A program made the position numbers and the translations under genes. A DNA stretch of 64,000 nt from Neoechinorhynchus agilis (lineage: Eukaryota; Animalia; Acanthocephala): positions 13,618,784-13,682,783 of the forward strand of contig CM121341.1 in assembly GCA_051530055.1 (NCBI GenBank). Reading direction: 5' to 3'. Positions 30,548 to 43,489 of the stretch are shown here, piece by piece. Numbering within the stretch: the first letter of the stretch is position 1; every line of letters starts with the position of its first letter. Under the pieces are notes generated by a model. That model searched no databases. It was given only the letters and a program-made list of their open reading frames with translations, and was not told the origin of the DNA.

Positions 30548-31159
30548 ATGAGCTCAACTTCGCGAGAATCTTCAATGTCTCACAGCACCTCCAATAATTC
30601 AACATTCTTCGACCTAATACGGCTTCCAATGTTAATTGTCGATGAAATTTGCCTAGAGTATGCTGCAAGCGGTTCATGTGCCGAAGATTGCTCATTAAAG
30701 CACGGACTTGTTTGTCCGATATGTTGTTTTTATGTACTAAATTACGATGATTCAAACCAAAGGACTTCGCATTTTCGGGAATGTTACAAAAACCTTCAAA
30801 ATACGTTCAATTTACGGCGTGATTTCAGCAAAGACGCTCAGTGTTGTGTGTGCTTGGAATCTGTTACGCATTCGGAGCAATACGTTTTTGCAGTAATGGA
30901 TTGTTGCGGACATTGTCTATGCGGACAATGTGCTCGTTCGTGGTTTGAGAAGGAGAATAAATGCACTTGCCCAATTTGTCGACGAATCCCTGATTCCATA
31001 TTCGACAGTACTTTGTGGCCCTCAAATGAGCATGAACGCATGTCTCTTATCAAGGCATTGCATGATACCGTTGTTGCAAGCCAAAAAGTTGAGAATAAAA
31101 TAGATGACGAAGCCTTGGAGGTGATAAAAGCAAGCGATGGAAAAAAGGAAATATGTTAG
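30548..31159 (+). CDS. Truncated makorin-like CCCH + Cys-His + RING protein, copy 1
   Basis: ICxEYAASGSC..C...HG, CPICCFYVL...QR..H..EC, SKDAQCCVCLE...CGHCLCGQCARSW...CPICR follow the makorin domain order. Intronless. Confidence 0.7.
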   Translation: MSSTSRESSMSHSTSNNSTFFDLIRLPMLIVDEICLEYAASGSCAEDCSLKHGLVCPICCFYVLNYDDSNQRTSHFRECYKNLQNTFNLRRDFSKDAQCCVCLESVTHSEQYVFAVMDCCGHCLCGQCARSWFEKENKCTCPICRRIPDSIFDSTLWPSNEHERMSLIKALHDTVVASQKVENKIDDEALEVIKASDGKKEIC

Positions 31160-31501
31160 ACTGCAGTCGGGTGTTCTGGTGGATTTATCATTCAGGCAAA
31201 TCGTTGGAATCTTCTATTTATGAGATGGATGATTTTCTCAAATGAGACCTGAGCATTCTTGGAGGAAGGAGCAATCTGTACAATTTTTTGAGCTGAGCTG
31301 GAAAGATGAAGCGAGAGATTTCAAACAAGCTGGCAATTGGTGCTCAAATTTTTTCTTTTTTATGCTTGCATTGTTTGCTGATTTTCTATTACATTCAAAA
31401 ATAAGACAATTTTTTCTCATGAGTGGTGTTTAAATTTCGTGATTGACGCCAAGGAATGCATAATCTGAATTTTTGTTCTATTGAAATAAAATTAAAAGTT
31501 T

Positions 31502-34500
31502 ATAATATTATGGAAAGCCTCTTTTCCACAAACCCCCATGTTTCATTCCAGATTTATTATTGAACGAAAAATGGGTGTTTTTGTTATTTCTTACTACAAA
31601 TTTTCGACGCCTCGCGTCTTCGTCAGGAAGCTTTCCTTCGGTTATCTGAAAAGGAATCAGAGGAGAGCAACGCTGTTGATCCGTTGCTCCTAAATCTTTA
31701 TCCTCTCCAGAGTCGCGAAGAAGTTTGTTGAGGCTCGAAAAGTCGGTCCGTTTAACCGCATGTTCATAATATTATGGAAAGCCTCTTATTCCAACACCTC
31801 ATGTTTTATTCCAAATTTATTATCGAGCGAAAAATGGGTGTTTTTTATTTCTTACTTAAAATTTTCGATGCCTTGCGTCTTCATCAGGAAGCTTTCCTTC
31901 GGTTATCTGAAAAGGAATCAGAGGAGGGCAACGCTATTGATCCATTGCTAAAAAATCTTTATCCTCTCCAGAGTCGCGAAGAAGTTTAATGTTCATAATA
32001 TTATTGAAAGCCGCTTTTCCCAACACCCTCATGTTTTATTCCAGATTTATTATCGAACGAAAAATGAGTGTTTTTTATTTCTTACTTTAAATTTTCGACG
32101 CCTTGCGTCTTCGTCAGGAAGCTTTCCTTCGGTTATCTGAAAAGGAATCAGAGGGCAACACTATTGATGCGTTGCTAAAAATCTTTATCCTCTCCAGAGT
32201 CGCGAAGAAGTTCGTAGAGGCTCGAAAAGTCGCTCCGTTTAACCGCATGTTCATAATATTATGGAAAGCCTCTTTTCCCAAAACCCTCATGTTTTATTCC
32301 AGATTTATTATCGAGCGAAAAATGGGTGTTTTTTTATTTCTTACTTAAAATTTTCGATGCCTTGCGTCTTCATCAGGAAGCTTTCCTTTGGTTATCTGAA
32401 AAGGAACCAGAGGAGGGCAACACTATTGATCAGTTGCTCCAAAATCTTTATCCTCTCCACAGTCGCGAAGAAGTTTGTAGAGGCTCGAAAAGTGTTCATA
32501 ATATTATGGAAAGCCTCTTTTCCTAACACCCTCATTTTTTATTCCAGATTTATTATCGAACGAAAATGGGTGTTTTTTTATTTCTTACTTAAAATTTTCA
32601 ACGCCTTGCGTCTTCGTCAGGAAGCCTTCCTTCGGTTATCTGAAAAGGAATCAGAGGAGAGCAACGCTATTGATCCGTTGCTAAGAAAATCTTTATCCTC
32701 TCCAGAGTCGCGAAGTTTGTAGAGGCTCGAAAAGTCGCTCCGTTTAACCGCATGTTCATAATATTATGGAAAGCCTCTTTTTCCAACACCTCATGTTTTA
32801 TTCCAAATTTATTATCGAGCGAAAAATGGGTGTTTTTTTTATTTCTTACTTAAAATTTTCGATGCCTTGCGTCTTCATCAGGAAGCTTTCCTTTGGTTAT
32901 CTGAAAAGGAATCCGAGGAGGGCAACGCTATTGATCCATTGCTCCAAAATCTTTATCCTCTTAACAGTCCCGAAGAAGTTTGTAGAGGCTCGAAAAGTCG
33001 GTCCGTGTAACCGCATGTTCAGTATATTATGGAAAGCCTCTTTTCCCAACACCCTCATTTTTTATTCCAGATTCATTATCGAAAGAAAAATGGGTGTTTT
33101 TCTATTTCTTACATCAAATTTTCGACGCCTTGCGTCTTCGCCAGGAATCTTTCCTTTGAATATCTGAAAATGAATCCGAGGTGGGCAACGCTATTGATCC
33201 GTTGCTCCAAAGTCTTTATCCTCTCCAGTCGCGAAGAAGTTTGTAGAGGCTACCGCATGTTCATAATATTATGGAAAGCCTCTTTTCCCAACACCCTCAT
33301 GTTTTATGGCAGATTTATTATCGAACGAAAAATGAGTGTTTTTTATTTCTTACTTCAAATTTTCGACGCCTTGCGTCTTCGTCAGGAAGCTTTCCTTCGG
33401 TTATCTGAAAAGGAATCAGAGGAGAGCAACGCTATTGATCCGTTGCTAAAAAAATCTTTATCCTCTCCAGAGTCGCGAAGTTTGTAGAGGCTCGAAAAGT
33501 CGCTCCGTTTAACCGCATGTTCATAATATTATGGAAAGCCTCTTTTTCCAACACCTCATGTTTTATTCCAAATTTATTATCGAGCGAAAAATGGGTGTTT
33601 TTTTATTTCTTACTTCAAATTTTCGACGCCTTGCGTCTTCGTCAGGAAGCTTTCCTTCGGTTATCTGAAAAGGAATCAGAGGAGGGCAACGCTATTGATC
33701 CATTGCTCCAAAATCTTTATCCTCTTAACAGTCCCGAAGAAGTTTGTAGAGGCTCGAAAAGTCGGTCCGTGTAACCGCATGTTCAGTATATTATGGAAAG
33801 CCTCTTTTCCAAACACCCTCATGTTTTATTCCAGATTTATTATCGAACGAAAAATAGGTGTTTTTTTGTATTTCTTACTTCAAATTTTCGACGCCTTGCG
33901 TCTTCGCCAGGAATCTTTCCTTCGGTTATCTGAAAAGGAATCAGTGGAGAGCTACGCTGTTGATCCGTTGATCCAAAATCTTTTTCCTCTCCAGAGTCGC
34001 GAAGAAGTTTGTAGAGGCTCGCGCGTGTTCATAATATTATGGAAAGCCTCTTTTTCCAACACCCTCATGTTTTATTCCAGATTTATTATCGAACGAAAAA
34101 TGGGTGTTTTTTTTATTTCTTATTTCAAATTTTCGACGCCTTCGTCTTCGTCAGGAAGCTTTTCTTCGGTTATCTGAAAAGGAATCAGAGGAAAGCAACG
34201 CTGTTGATCCGTTGCTCCAAAGCCTTTATCCTCTCCAGAGTCGCTAAGAAGTTGGTAGAGGCTTGAAAAGTCGGTCCGTTTACCCGCATGTATATAATAT
34301 TATGGAAAGCCTCTTTTTCCAACACCTCATGTTTTTTTCCAGATTTATTATCGAACGAAAAATGGGTGTTTTTTATTTCTTACTTCAGATTTTCGACGCC
34401 TTGCGTCTTCGTCAGGAAGGTTTCCTTCGGTTATCTGAAAAGGAATCAGAGGAGGGCAACGCTGTTGATCCGTTGCTCCAAAATCTTTATCCTCTCCAGA

Positions 34501-35417
34501 GTCGCGAAGAAGTTTGTTTAGGCTCGAAAAATCGGTCCGTTTAACCGCATGTTCATAATATTATGGAAAGCCTCTTTTCCCAACACCCTCTTGTTTTATT
34601 CCAGATTTATTATCGAACGAAAAATGGGTATTTTTTTATTTCTTACTACAAATTTTCGACGACTTGCGTCTTCGTCAGGAAGCTTTCCTTCGGTTATCTG
34701 AAAAGGAATCAGAGGAAAGCAACGCTGTTGATCCGTTGCTCCAAAATCTTTATCCTCTCCAGAGTCGCGAAGAAGTTTGTAGAGGCTAGAAATGTCGGTC
34801 CGTTTAACCACATGTTCACAATATTATGAAAAGCCTCTTTTCCCAACACCCTCATGTTTTATTCCAGATTTATTATCGAACGAAAAATAAGTGTTTTTTT
34901 TATTTCTTACTTCAAATTTTCGACGCCTTGCGTCTTCGTATTTAAGATTTCCTTCGGTTATCTTAAAAGGTATCGAAGGAGAGCAACGCTGTTGATCCGT
35001 TGGTCATAAATCTTTATCTTCTCCAGAGTCGCTAAGAAGTTAGTAGAGGTTCGAAAAATCGGTCCGTTTAACCGCATGTTCATAATATTATGGAAAGCCT
35101 CTTTTCCCAAAACCCCCATGTTTTATTCCAGATTTATTATTTAACGAAAAATGGGTTTTTTATTTCTTACTTTAAAATTTCGACGCCTTGCGCCTTCGTC
35201 AGGTTGCTTTCCTTTGGTTATCTTATAAGGAATCAGAGGAGGGCAACGCTGTTGATCCGTTGCTCCAAAATCTTTATCCTCTCCAGAGTCGCGAAAAAGT
35301 TTGTAGAGGCTCGCGCGTGTTCATAATATTTTGGAAAGCCTCTTTTTCCAACACCCTCATGTTTTATTCCAGATTTATTATCGAACGAAAAATGGGTGTT
35401 TTTTTTATTTCTTACTT
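31502..35417. repeat. Satellite A: about 260-bp monomer (variants of about 230-245 bp), about 15.5 copies
   Basis: The marker ATTATGGAAAGCC recurs near 31510, 31774, 32003, 32261, 32506, 32766, 33029, 33271, 33531, 33793, 34039, 34302, 34563, 34826, 35090 and 35331. Confidence 0.95.
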
Positions 35418-35841
35418 GGCCGTATCGAGATCGTTTTCACTCAAAGACTGGCACCTACCTCGCAACATCTACGAATTCAAAACGAGCACCAAGAAATCAC
35501 CCGCGAAGACGAATCGCAAGACGAAGTATCGGCTCCACCTCCATCGAGGAAAGTACGAACAGTCCGTCAACAGCTACTAAACCCGCAAACGAAAATTACG
35601 ACGGTACCTTGGAAGAATCTTAGATGGGATCCACCTGCGTGAATGAGGATGGAAGGTGTATTCGAAAATCCTCTAGACCGATAAAAAAGCATTGTGGGGA
35701 AAGACTGATTTAATAATCAATAGTGTGTCGATGCGTAGATCAATAGTGGGTCGATGAGTACTTGGGTGCGAATGTTAACTAGCGCCGCATCATTGTTCTA
35801 CACTCCATTTTTGTTAAAATCAAGCCGTCGTTTTGGTTAAA

Positions 35842-37057
35842 GGAATTATTACATTTCGCGTTCTCATATTCTTCTAATTCACCAAAAAAGAGCACAACGC
35901 CAGTACATGGACTTAGGCGTCTTTCTTGCCAATATCGATCTCTTATATTTCACTAAAAGAACAGAACGAAAGTACATGGATTTGCGCGTGCAATAAAAGA
36001 GGCGTCTTTCCTCCCATTCTCGTATTCTTCTAATTTACTAAGAGAACACAACGCGATTTTACTGACTTTAAAGGTCACTAAAAGAGGCGTCTTTGTTCCT
36101 TTAATTCACTAAAAGAAAAGAACGGGAGTACATGGACTTGCGCGTGAACAAACAGAGATGTCATTGTTCCCATTGCTCTACTCCTCCAATTCAATAAGAG
36201 AACAGAACACGATTACATGGACTTGAACGTGACCTAAAAGAGGCGTCTATCTTCCCATTCTCGTATTCTTCTAATTCACCAAAAGAAACCCAACGCGAGT
36301 ACATGGACTTGTGTGTACACTAAAAGAGGCGTCTTTCTTCCCATTATCGTATTCTTCTAATTTATTAAGAGAACACAACGCGATTTAATTGACTTGAAAG
36401 GTCACTAAAAGAGTCGTCTTTGTTCCTTTAATTCACTAAAAGAAAAGAACGGGAGTACATGGACTTAGGCGTCTTTCTTGCCAATATCGATCTCTTATAT
36501 TTCACTAAAAGAACAGAACGAAAGTACATGGATTTGCGCGTGCAATAAAAGAGGCGTCTTTCCTTACATTCTCGTATTCTTCTAATTTACTAAGAGAACA
36601 CAACGCGATTTTACTGACTTTAAAGGTCACTAAAAGAGGCGTCTTTGTTCCTTTAATTCACTAAAAGAAAAGAACGGGAGTACATGGACTTGCGCGTGAA
36701 CAAACAGAGATGTCATTGTTCCCATTGCTCTACTCCTCCAATTCAATAAGAGAACAGAACACGATTACATGGACTTGAACGTGCACTAAAAGAGGCGTCT
36801 TTCTTCCCATTATCATATTCTGCTAAGTCACTAAAAGGGCGTATTTGTTAACAATATCGAACTCTACTATTTCACTAAAAGAATACAACGCGATTACATG
36901 GAATTGCGCGTGCACTAAAAAGGGGCGACTTTTTCCTATTATCGAACTATTCTTATTCATTAAGAAAACAGAATACGATTGCATGAACTTACGTGTGATC
37001 TAAAAGAGGCGTCCTTGTTCCCGTTAATGATATCTTCGAATTAACTAAGGGAACAGA
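35842..37057. repeat. Satellite B array 1: 86-bp (and about 69-bp) monomers, about 552-bp higher-order repeat
   Basis: TACATGGACTT...ACTAAAAGAGGCGTCTTT recurs. The variant GATTTGCGCGTGCAATAAAAG repeats at 35979 and 36531. Confidence 0.9.
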
Positions 37058-38099
37058 ATGAGATTGCGTCCATTTTTCGGAAAAGGTTATTTTAGCATAT
37101 TTTAGGCATGAGGGGTGAAGGGTAAGAGAATAAATAAAATTTTGTGTTCTTCAAATGTGTGTATCTTACAAAATTCCGTTCTGCGAAGTACAGTCTAAGG
37201 TTGCAGAAAACAAATTTCCATGTTAGCAGTGTGACTCGCAGCGTTTCAATGAAAGTAAAATTCGTGAAATGAACGCGTCGATATGAATTCCATGGAACTT
37301 GGTTATCACTTTATAAACTTTCAGGTAAAGCAGGCGATTGCTTTTCTTAAAAAAGATAAGGAGACATTAAATCACGATTTCAATTTAAGCCCTCACCGAA
37401 ACCACAGAAATTCAAGGCGACAAAAATCCTCTAAGGATCACGACGGGTTATTTTTTAATAACTGAATAAACTCGAAACTAAATTGTACCTCGTTATGGAT
37501 TCGAATGTATCTCGTAAAGCACTAATTAATCTGGAGTATATTAAGGATAAAATTGTCCTTAACAAAATCCCTAAAAAGATATTAACATACGAAGATATAA
37601 ACATAATTAATCGCCGTCCTCGCCCTCAATTGTCGCCTGAATGCTTGCAGTGTTGCCTCTTAACACGGCGATGCTGATATACCTGACCATGCATCACCGG
37701 TTATAACCTGAAGGCGTCGCTTCAGATCCCTCAGGAGTTGAAGAGCCTCGCTACCAAGAGATCCGTAGGTCTCTTCGCCGTTGCCAAGATTGCATCAACT
37801 GTTAGTTTTGCAGTAGATGATGGCGACAGTTATGAAGTTCATAGAAAGATTATAAAGCGGTTCAAGGCGACGACGCATAATATTATACTGTTTTTAAGAA
37901 AATAAGTGTTCATGCGATTTTGGGAGCAATCAATGGTTTTAACATTCTTATGCGTGGTTCAGCCGGTAGTTTTATGGTCGATATGTACAAGATTATTCTT
38001 ATACATATCGATGGCAATCAATGGTGTTTTCTATTTCGAAGATTTTTCCGGTGTTCGAGTCTTAAATTTGTTATAAATTCTCTAATTCGTCTTTAAGAA

Positions 38100-38252
38100 T
38101 GTGATAAAAGTGGTCATCCGTAATCGATCGTAAATGCGTGCATACGGTCGATTACATTATCGATCGGCTTAGTACCTGTTTGCACAGTTAAATTGTCTTT
38201 AATTATTCGAACGTTGTTTATTTGTTTAATAAAACTCTCCAAGTGCAGTACA
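38100..38252. mobile_element. 153-bp solo LTR with 5-bp TSD
   Basis: TGT...ACA termini, AAGAA at 38095-38099 and 38253-38257, and an internal AATAAA. The paralogous empty site has a single AAGAA at 27570-27574. Confidence 0.8.
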
Positions 38253-38841
38253 AAGAAGCACAAACATACTTTCCGTTTTAAACTGTTCATCATTTTCACA
38301 GTTCAAATTCTATCAGGAAATTAAATAGATAATTCGTTTTCTGGATAATTTGGAATGCAATTAGTTTGCATGTCCATGAGTGGAAATTTAAATCGCATTG
38401 AACTTTTTAAGTGAAATGACAATATTTCACAATCCTTCCACTGCTCTGCGCGACGTTTAAGAAAGCTATCTATATATGTCAGACTATTTAGTACATCTCT
38501 GCACTTAAATAAGCCGGATAGAAAAAAAAGAAGACCCCCATCATAGATTTTTCATTTTTATGGATAATCATCACGTCTATAGCAAAACAGACTCTTTAAA
38601 TTCTAAACAATGTAAAGTCTTAATCCAAGATTTTCGGGGATCAAAGCCGGTACTTTTTCCTCAGGGACCAAAATCTTACCGCCCGACGAATAAAATTATA
38701 CGTCACGTGGTCCACGGACCCGTGGCGACACGTGACCAGCCGGCTTACTACTCTACACGTACAGATTCTGCTTTATATATTAGAAAATATTAAGACACAT
38801 TCCTACATTGAAAAACCGGAAATTCAATCGACATTTCAAAA

Positions 38842-39453
38842 ATGAGCTCAACTTCGCGAGAATCTTCAATGTCTCACAGCACCTCCAATAATTCAACATT
38901 CTTCGACCTAATACGGCTTCCAATGTTAATTGTCGATGAAATTTGCCCAGAGTATGCTGCAAGCGGTTCATGTGCCGAAGATTGCTCATTAAAGCACGGA
39001 CTTGTTTGTCCGATATGTTGTTTTTATGTACTAAATTACGATGATTCAAACCAAAGGACTTCGCATTTTCGGGAATGTTACAAAAACCTTCAAAATACGT
39101 TCAATTTACGGCGTGATTTCAGCAAAGACGCTCAGTGTTGTGTGTGCTTGGAATCTGTTACGCATTCGGAGCAATACGTTTTTGCAGTAATGGATTGTTG
39201 CGGACATTGTCTATGCGGACAATGTGCTCGTTCGTGGTTTGAGAAGGAGAATAAATGCACTTGCCCAATTTGTCGACGAATCCCTGATTCCATATTCGAC
39301 AGTACTTTGTGGCCCTCAAATGAGCATGAACGCATGTCTCTTATCAAGGCATTGCATGATACCGTTGTTGCAAGCCAAAAAGTTGAGAATAAAATAGATG
39401 ACGAAGCCTTGGAGGTGATAAAAGCAAGCGATGGAAAAAAGGAAATATGTTAG
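38842..39453 (+). CDS. Truncated makorin-like RING protein, copy 2
   Basis: Identical to copy 1 at the protein level except EICPEY versus EICLEY. Confidence 0.7.
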   Translation: MSSTSRESSMSHSTSNNSTFFDLIRLPMLIVDEICPEYAASGSCAEDCSLKHGLVCPICCFYVLNYDDSNQRTSHFRECYKNLQNTFNLRRDFSKDAQCCVCLESVTHSEQYVFAVMDCCGHCLCGQCARSWFEKENKCTCPICRRIPDSIFDSTLWPSNEHERMSLIKALHDTVVASQKVENKIDDEALEVIKASDGKKEIC

Positions 39454-41117
39454 ACTGCAGTCGGGTGTTCTGGTGGATTTATCATTCAGGCAAATCGTTG
39501 GAATCTTCTATTTATGAGATGGATGATTTTCTCAAATGAGACCTGAGCATTCTTGGAGGAAGGAGCAATCTGTACAATTTTTTGAGCTGAGCTGGAAAGA
39601 TGAAGCGAGAGATTTCAAACAAGCTGGCAATTGGTGCTCAAATTTTTTCTTTTTTATGCTTGCATTGTTTGCTGATTTTCTATTACATTCAAAAATAAGA
39701 CAATTTTTTCTCATGAGTGGTGTTTAAATTTCGTGATTGACGCCAAGGAATGCATAATCTGAATTTTTGTTCTATTGAAATCAAATTAAAAGTTTGAAAA
39801 AACTGACGATATTCTAATACCAGGTTGTGGAGGCGGTTTTAGAATGTCAAATTTGGATGTTTAAATGCTGAGCAGGTTGACGTAGTCTTATGATAAATTT
39901 GAGAAGGATATTGCAACAATACCTTATTCTATCCGCAATTGAAATCTAATAGTTTTAAAGAGTTTGTACTTCGTTCTTAAAAAATTGAAGGTTGTAAATT
40001 TTATTATTGTTTTAATTTGCAAAATTTTTTAATTCGCATCTCACATGCCTGAATCAATTTGAGTTCTCAATGTCTTACGCTCATAATTAGGTGATTAGGA
40101 TTTAAAGAGCGCGTTTTGTCGACAACATCAGAATAAATTTTATTTTTCAACCGTGCGTGCTATTAAGGTCACTCGGTTCGAATGCTTCCATGTCATGTTC
40201 TGTGTACTTCGTTCTGAATTGGGAAGAGTGGAATGCTTGGTTTTAGAGCCGACCTTAAAGCTCCCCAGAGTCCTTCTTCCATCCCTCGCTAAAAGAATTA
40301 ACTCAAAGAAGCGAGCGAGTAGTTGCTAAGGGTTTCCGTAAATCCTTCTCGGTTATATTTTTGTTTGATCTGTATAAATTGTTTCAATTGTTCGTCTTTT
40401 AATTGTTTTGTACTCCTCTGTACTTCTCGTAGGTAATGTCTCCTACTCGTTTAAAGAGAATTTAAACCAAAACCTAATGAAGAAATAATATTTCATGTAC
40501 ATTCACACTAAAATTCAAGTAATTCTGAATCTAGGTGAATAAAGCTATACTTTGGATAAAAATGTTTTATGGAGGTGACATAAATAATTAGAAAAAGCCT
40601 CATCTATAAGAAAGACAACCGGCTGAGCCACGCATACGATGTCAGTTTCAATTTACATAATAAAATTTTCTTGAAATGCTCTTGGTTTTTTCATAAAAAT
40701 GTTAAAAAAATTGAGTCTAAGCTTTGGCGGTCATCCTCGTGTGAAAAAGCATTGGAAAGCCGCTTAAAAGGTCGTTAAAATAATTCTTAAGAGGTTGTCA
40801 ATCCGCTATCGAAAGCAATATCAAAATTTCATGGCCCGAAAAATTTGAACGGCATGGTGTTCGAGAACAGCTCATACGAGTCAGCATTTCTAGTCCTAGG
40901 AATTTATCCAGGTATAGAAGGGGAAGACAGGAAATTATTCGAAAAAAATGGTCAGCGATCAGACGCGTTCAGTGCCGTTCGTTTGCCTTCTATCGTCAGT
41001 TTCACGCTCTCTTGTTTGTAAGAAACTCAAACTAACACGTCTTTACAAAAAGCACCTGAACGAGTTACCAGTAAATATTTTGAAAATGGTAGATCTGCGG
41101 ATAAGTGGACGAGAGTA

Positions 41118-43489
41118 CTTCTAACTAACTAAAAGAACAAAACGTGATTACATGGACTTGTGCGTGCTCTAAAAGAGACGTCTTCCTTCCCATTCTCATA
41201 TTCTCCTAATTAACTAAATTAACACAACGCGAGTACATGTACTTGTGCGTGCACTAAAAGAATAGACTTTGTTCCCACTCTCGTATCCTTCTAATTCACC
41301 AAAAGAAACCCAACGCGAGTACATGGACTTGAACGTGACCTAAAAGAGGCGTCTATCTTCCCATTCTCGTATTCTTCTAATTCACCAAAAGAAACCCAAC
41401 ACGATTACATGGACTTGAACGTGACCTAAAAGAGGCGTCTATCTTCCCATTCTCGTATTCTTCTAATTCACCAAAAGAAACCCAACACGATTACATGGAC
41501 TTGAACGTGACCTAAAAGAGGCGTCTATCTTCCCATTCTCGTATTCTTCTAATTCACCAAAAGAACCCAACACGATTACATGGACTTGAAGTGACTAAAA
41601 GAGTCGTCTTTGTTCCTTTAATTCACTAAAAGAACAGAACGAATACATGGATTTGCGCGTGCAATAAAAGAGGCGTCTTTCCTATTCTCGTATTCTTCTA
41701 ATTTACTAAGAGAACACAACGCGATTTTACTGACTTTAAAGGTCACTAAAAGAGGCGTTTTGTTCCTTTAATTCACTAAAAGAAAAGAACGGGAGTACAT
41801 GGACTTGCGCGTGAACAAACAGAGATGTCATTGTTCCCATTGCTCTACTCCTCCAATTCAATAAGAGAACAGAACACGATTACATGGACTTGAACGTGAC
41901 CTAAAAGAGGCGTCTATCTTCCCATTCTCGTATTCTTCTAATTCACCAAAAGAAACCCAACGCGATTACATGGACTTGAGTGACCTAAAAGAGGCGTCTT
42001 TCTTCCATTTCGATTCTTTATTATAAAGAACCAACGCGATTATGACTTGAAGTACTAAATCGCTTTGTTCCTTTAATTCACTAAAAGAAAAGAACGGGAG
42101 TACATGGACTTAGGCGTCTTTCTTGCCAATATCGATCTCTTATATTTCACTAAAAGAACAGAACGAAAGTACATGGATTTGCGCGTGCAATAAAAGAGGC
42201 GTCTTTCCTCCATTCTCGTATTCTTCTAATTTACTAAGAGAACACAACGCGATTTTACTGACTTTAAAGGTCACTAAAAGAGGCGTCTTTGTTCCTTTAA
42301 TTCACTAAAAGAAAAGAACGGGAGTACATGGACTTGCGCGTGAACAAACAGAGATGTCATTGTTCCCATTGCTCTACTCCTCCAATTCAATAAGAGAACA
42401 GAACACGATTACATGGACTTGAACGTGACCTAAAAGAGGCGTCTATCTTCCCATTCTCGTATTCTTCTAATTCACCAAAAGAAACCCAACGCGAGTACAT
42501 GGACTTGTGTGTACACTAAAAGAGGCGTCTTTCTTCCCATTATCGTATTCTTCTAATTTATTAAGAGAACACAACGCGATTTAATTGACTTGAAAGGTCA
42601 CTAAAAGAGTCGTCTTTGTTCCTTTAATTCACTAAAAGAAAAGAACGGGAGTACATGGACTTAGGCGTCTTTCTTGCCAATATCGATCTCTTATATTTCA
42701 ATAAAAGAACAGAACGAAAGTACATGGATTTGCGCGTGCAATAAAAGAGGCGTCTTTCCTTACATTCTCGTATTCTTCTAATTTACTAAGAGAACACAAC
42801 GCGATTTTACTGACTTTAAAGGTCACTAAAAGAGGCGTCTTTGTTCCTTTAATTCACTAAAAGAAAAGAACGGGAGTACATGGACTTGCGCGTGAACAAA
42901 CAGAGATGTCATTGTTCCCATTGCTCTACTCCTCCAATTCAATAAGAGAACAGAACACGATTACATGGACTTGAACGTGCACTAAAAGAGGCGTCTTTCT
43001 TCCCATTCTCGTATTCTTCTAATTCACTAAAAGGACACAACCCGATTACATAAACTTGAAAGTGAACTAAAAGAGGCGTCTTTCTTGCCAATATCGATCT
43101 CTTATATTTCACTAAAAGAACGCAACGCGATTACATGGACTTGAACGTGCACTAAAAATGGCTTCGTTCATCCCATTCTCGTATTCTTCTTATTCACTAA
43201 AAGAACACAACGCGATTACATGGACTTGAACGTGTACTAAAAGAGGCGTCTTTCTTCCCATTATCATATTCTTCTTATTCACTAAATGGGCACAACGCGA
43301 GTACATGGACGTGGGCGTGCAATAAAAGAGGTGTCTTTGTTCCCATTATCGAACTCTTCTAATTTACTAAAAGAACACAACACGAGTACATGGACTTGGG
43401 CGTGCACTAAAAGTGGCATCTTCGTTCCCATTGCCGAAGTCTTCTAATTCACTAAGAGAGCAACACGCAACTACATGGACTTGCGCGTG
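41118..43489. repeat. Satellite B array 2
   Basis: Same monomer as array 1, with a near-perfect 86-bp period at 41321/41407/41493 and a 551-bp higher-order period at 42176/42727. Confidence 0.9.

Noticed and set aside
31502-35417. Many overlapping ORFs (MESLF..., MFIILWK...) and a CRISPR-like look
   Set aside because: They are by-products of a 260-bp satellite with frame-shifting indels. There are no unique spacers and no cas genes.
35842-43489. Short recurring motifs with variable gaps resembling a CRISPR array
   Set aside because: The intervening sequence is also homologous between units, so this is a tandem satellite.
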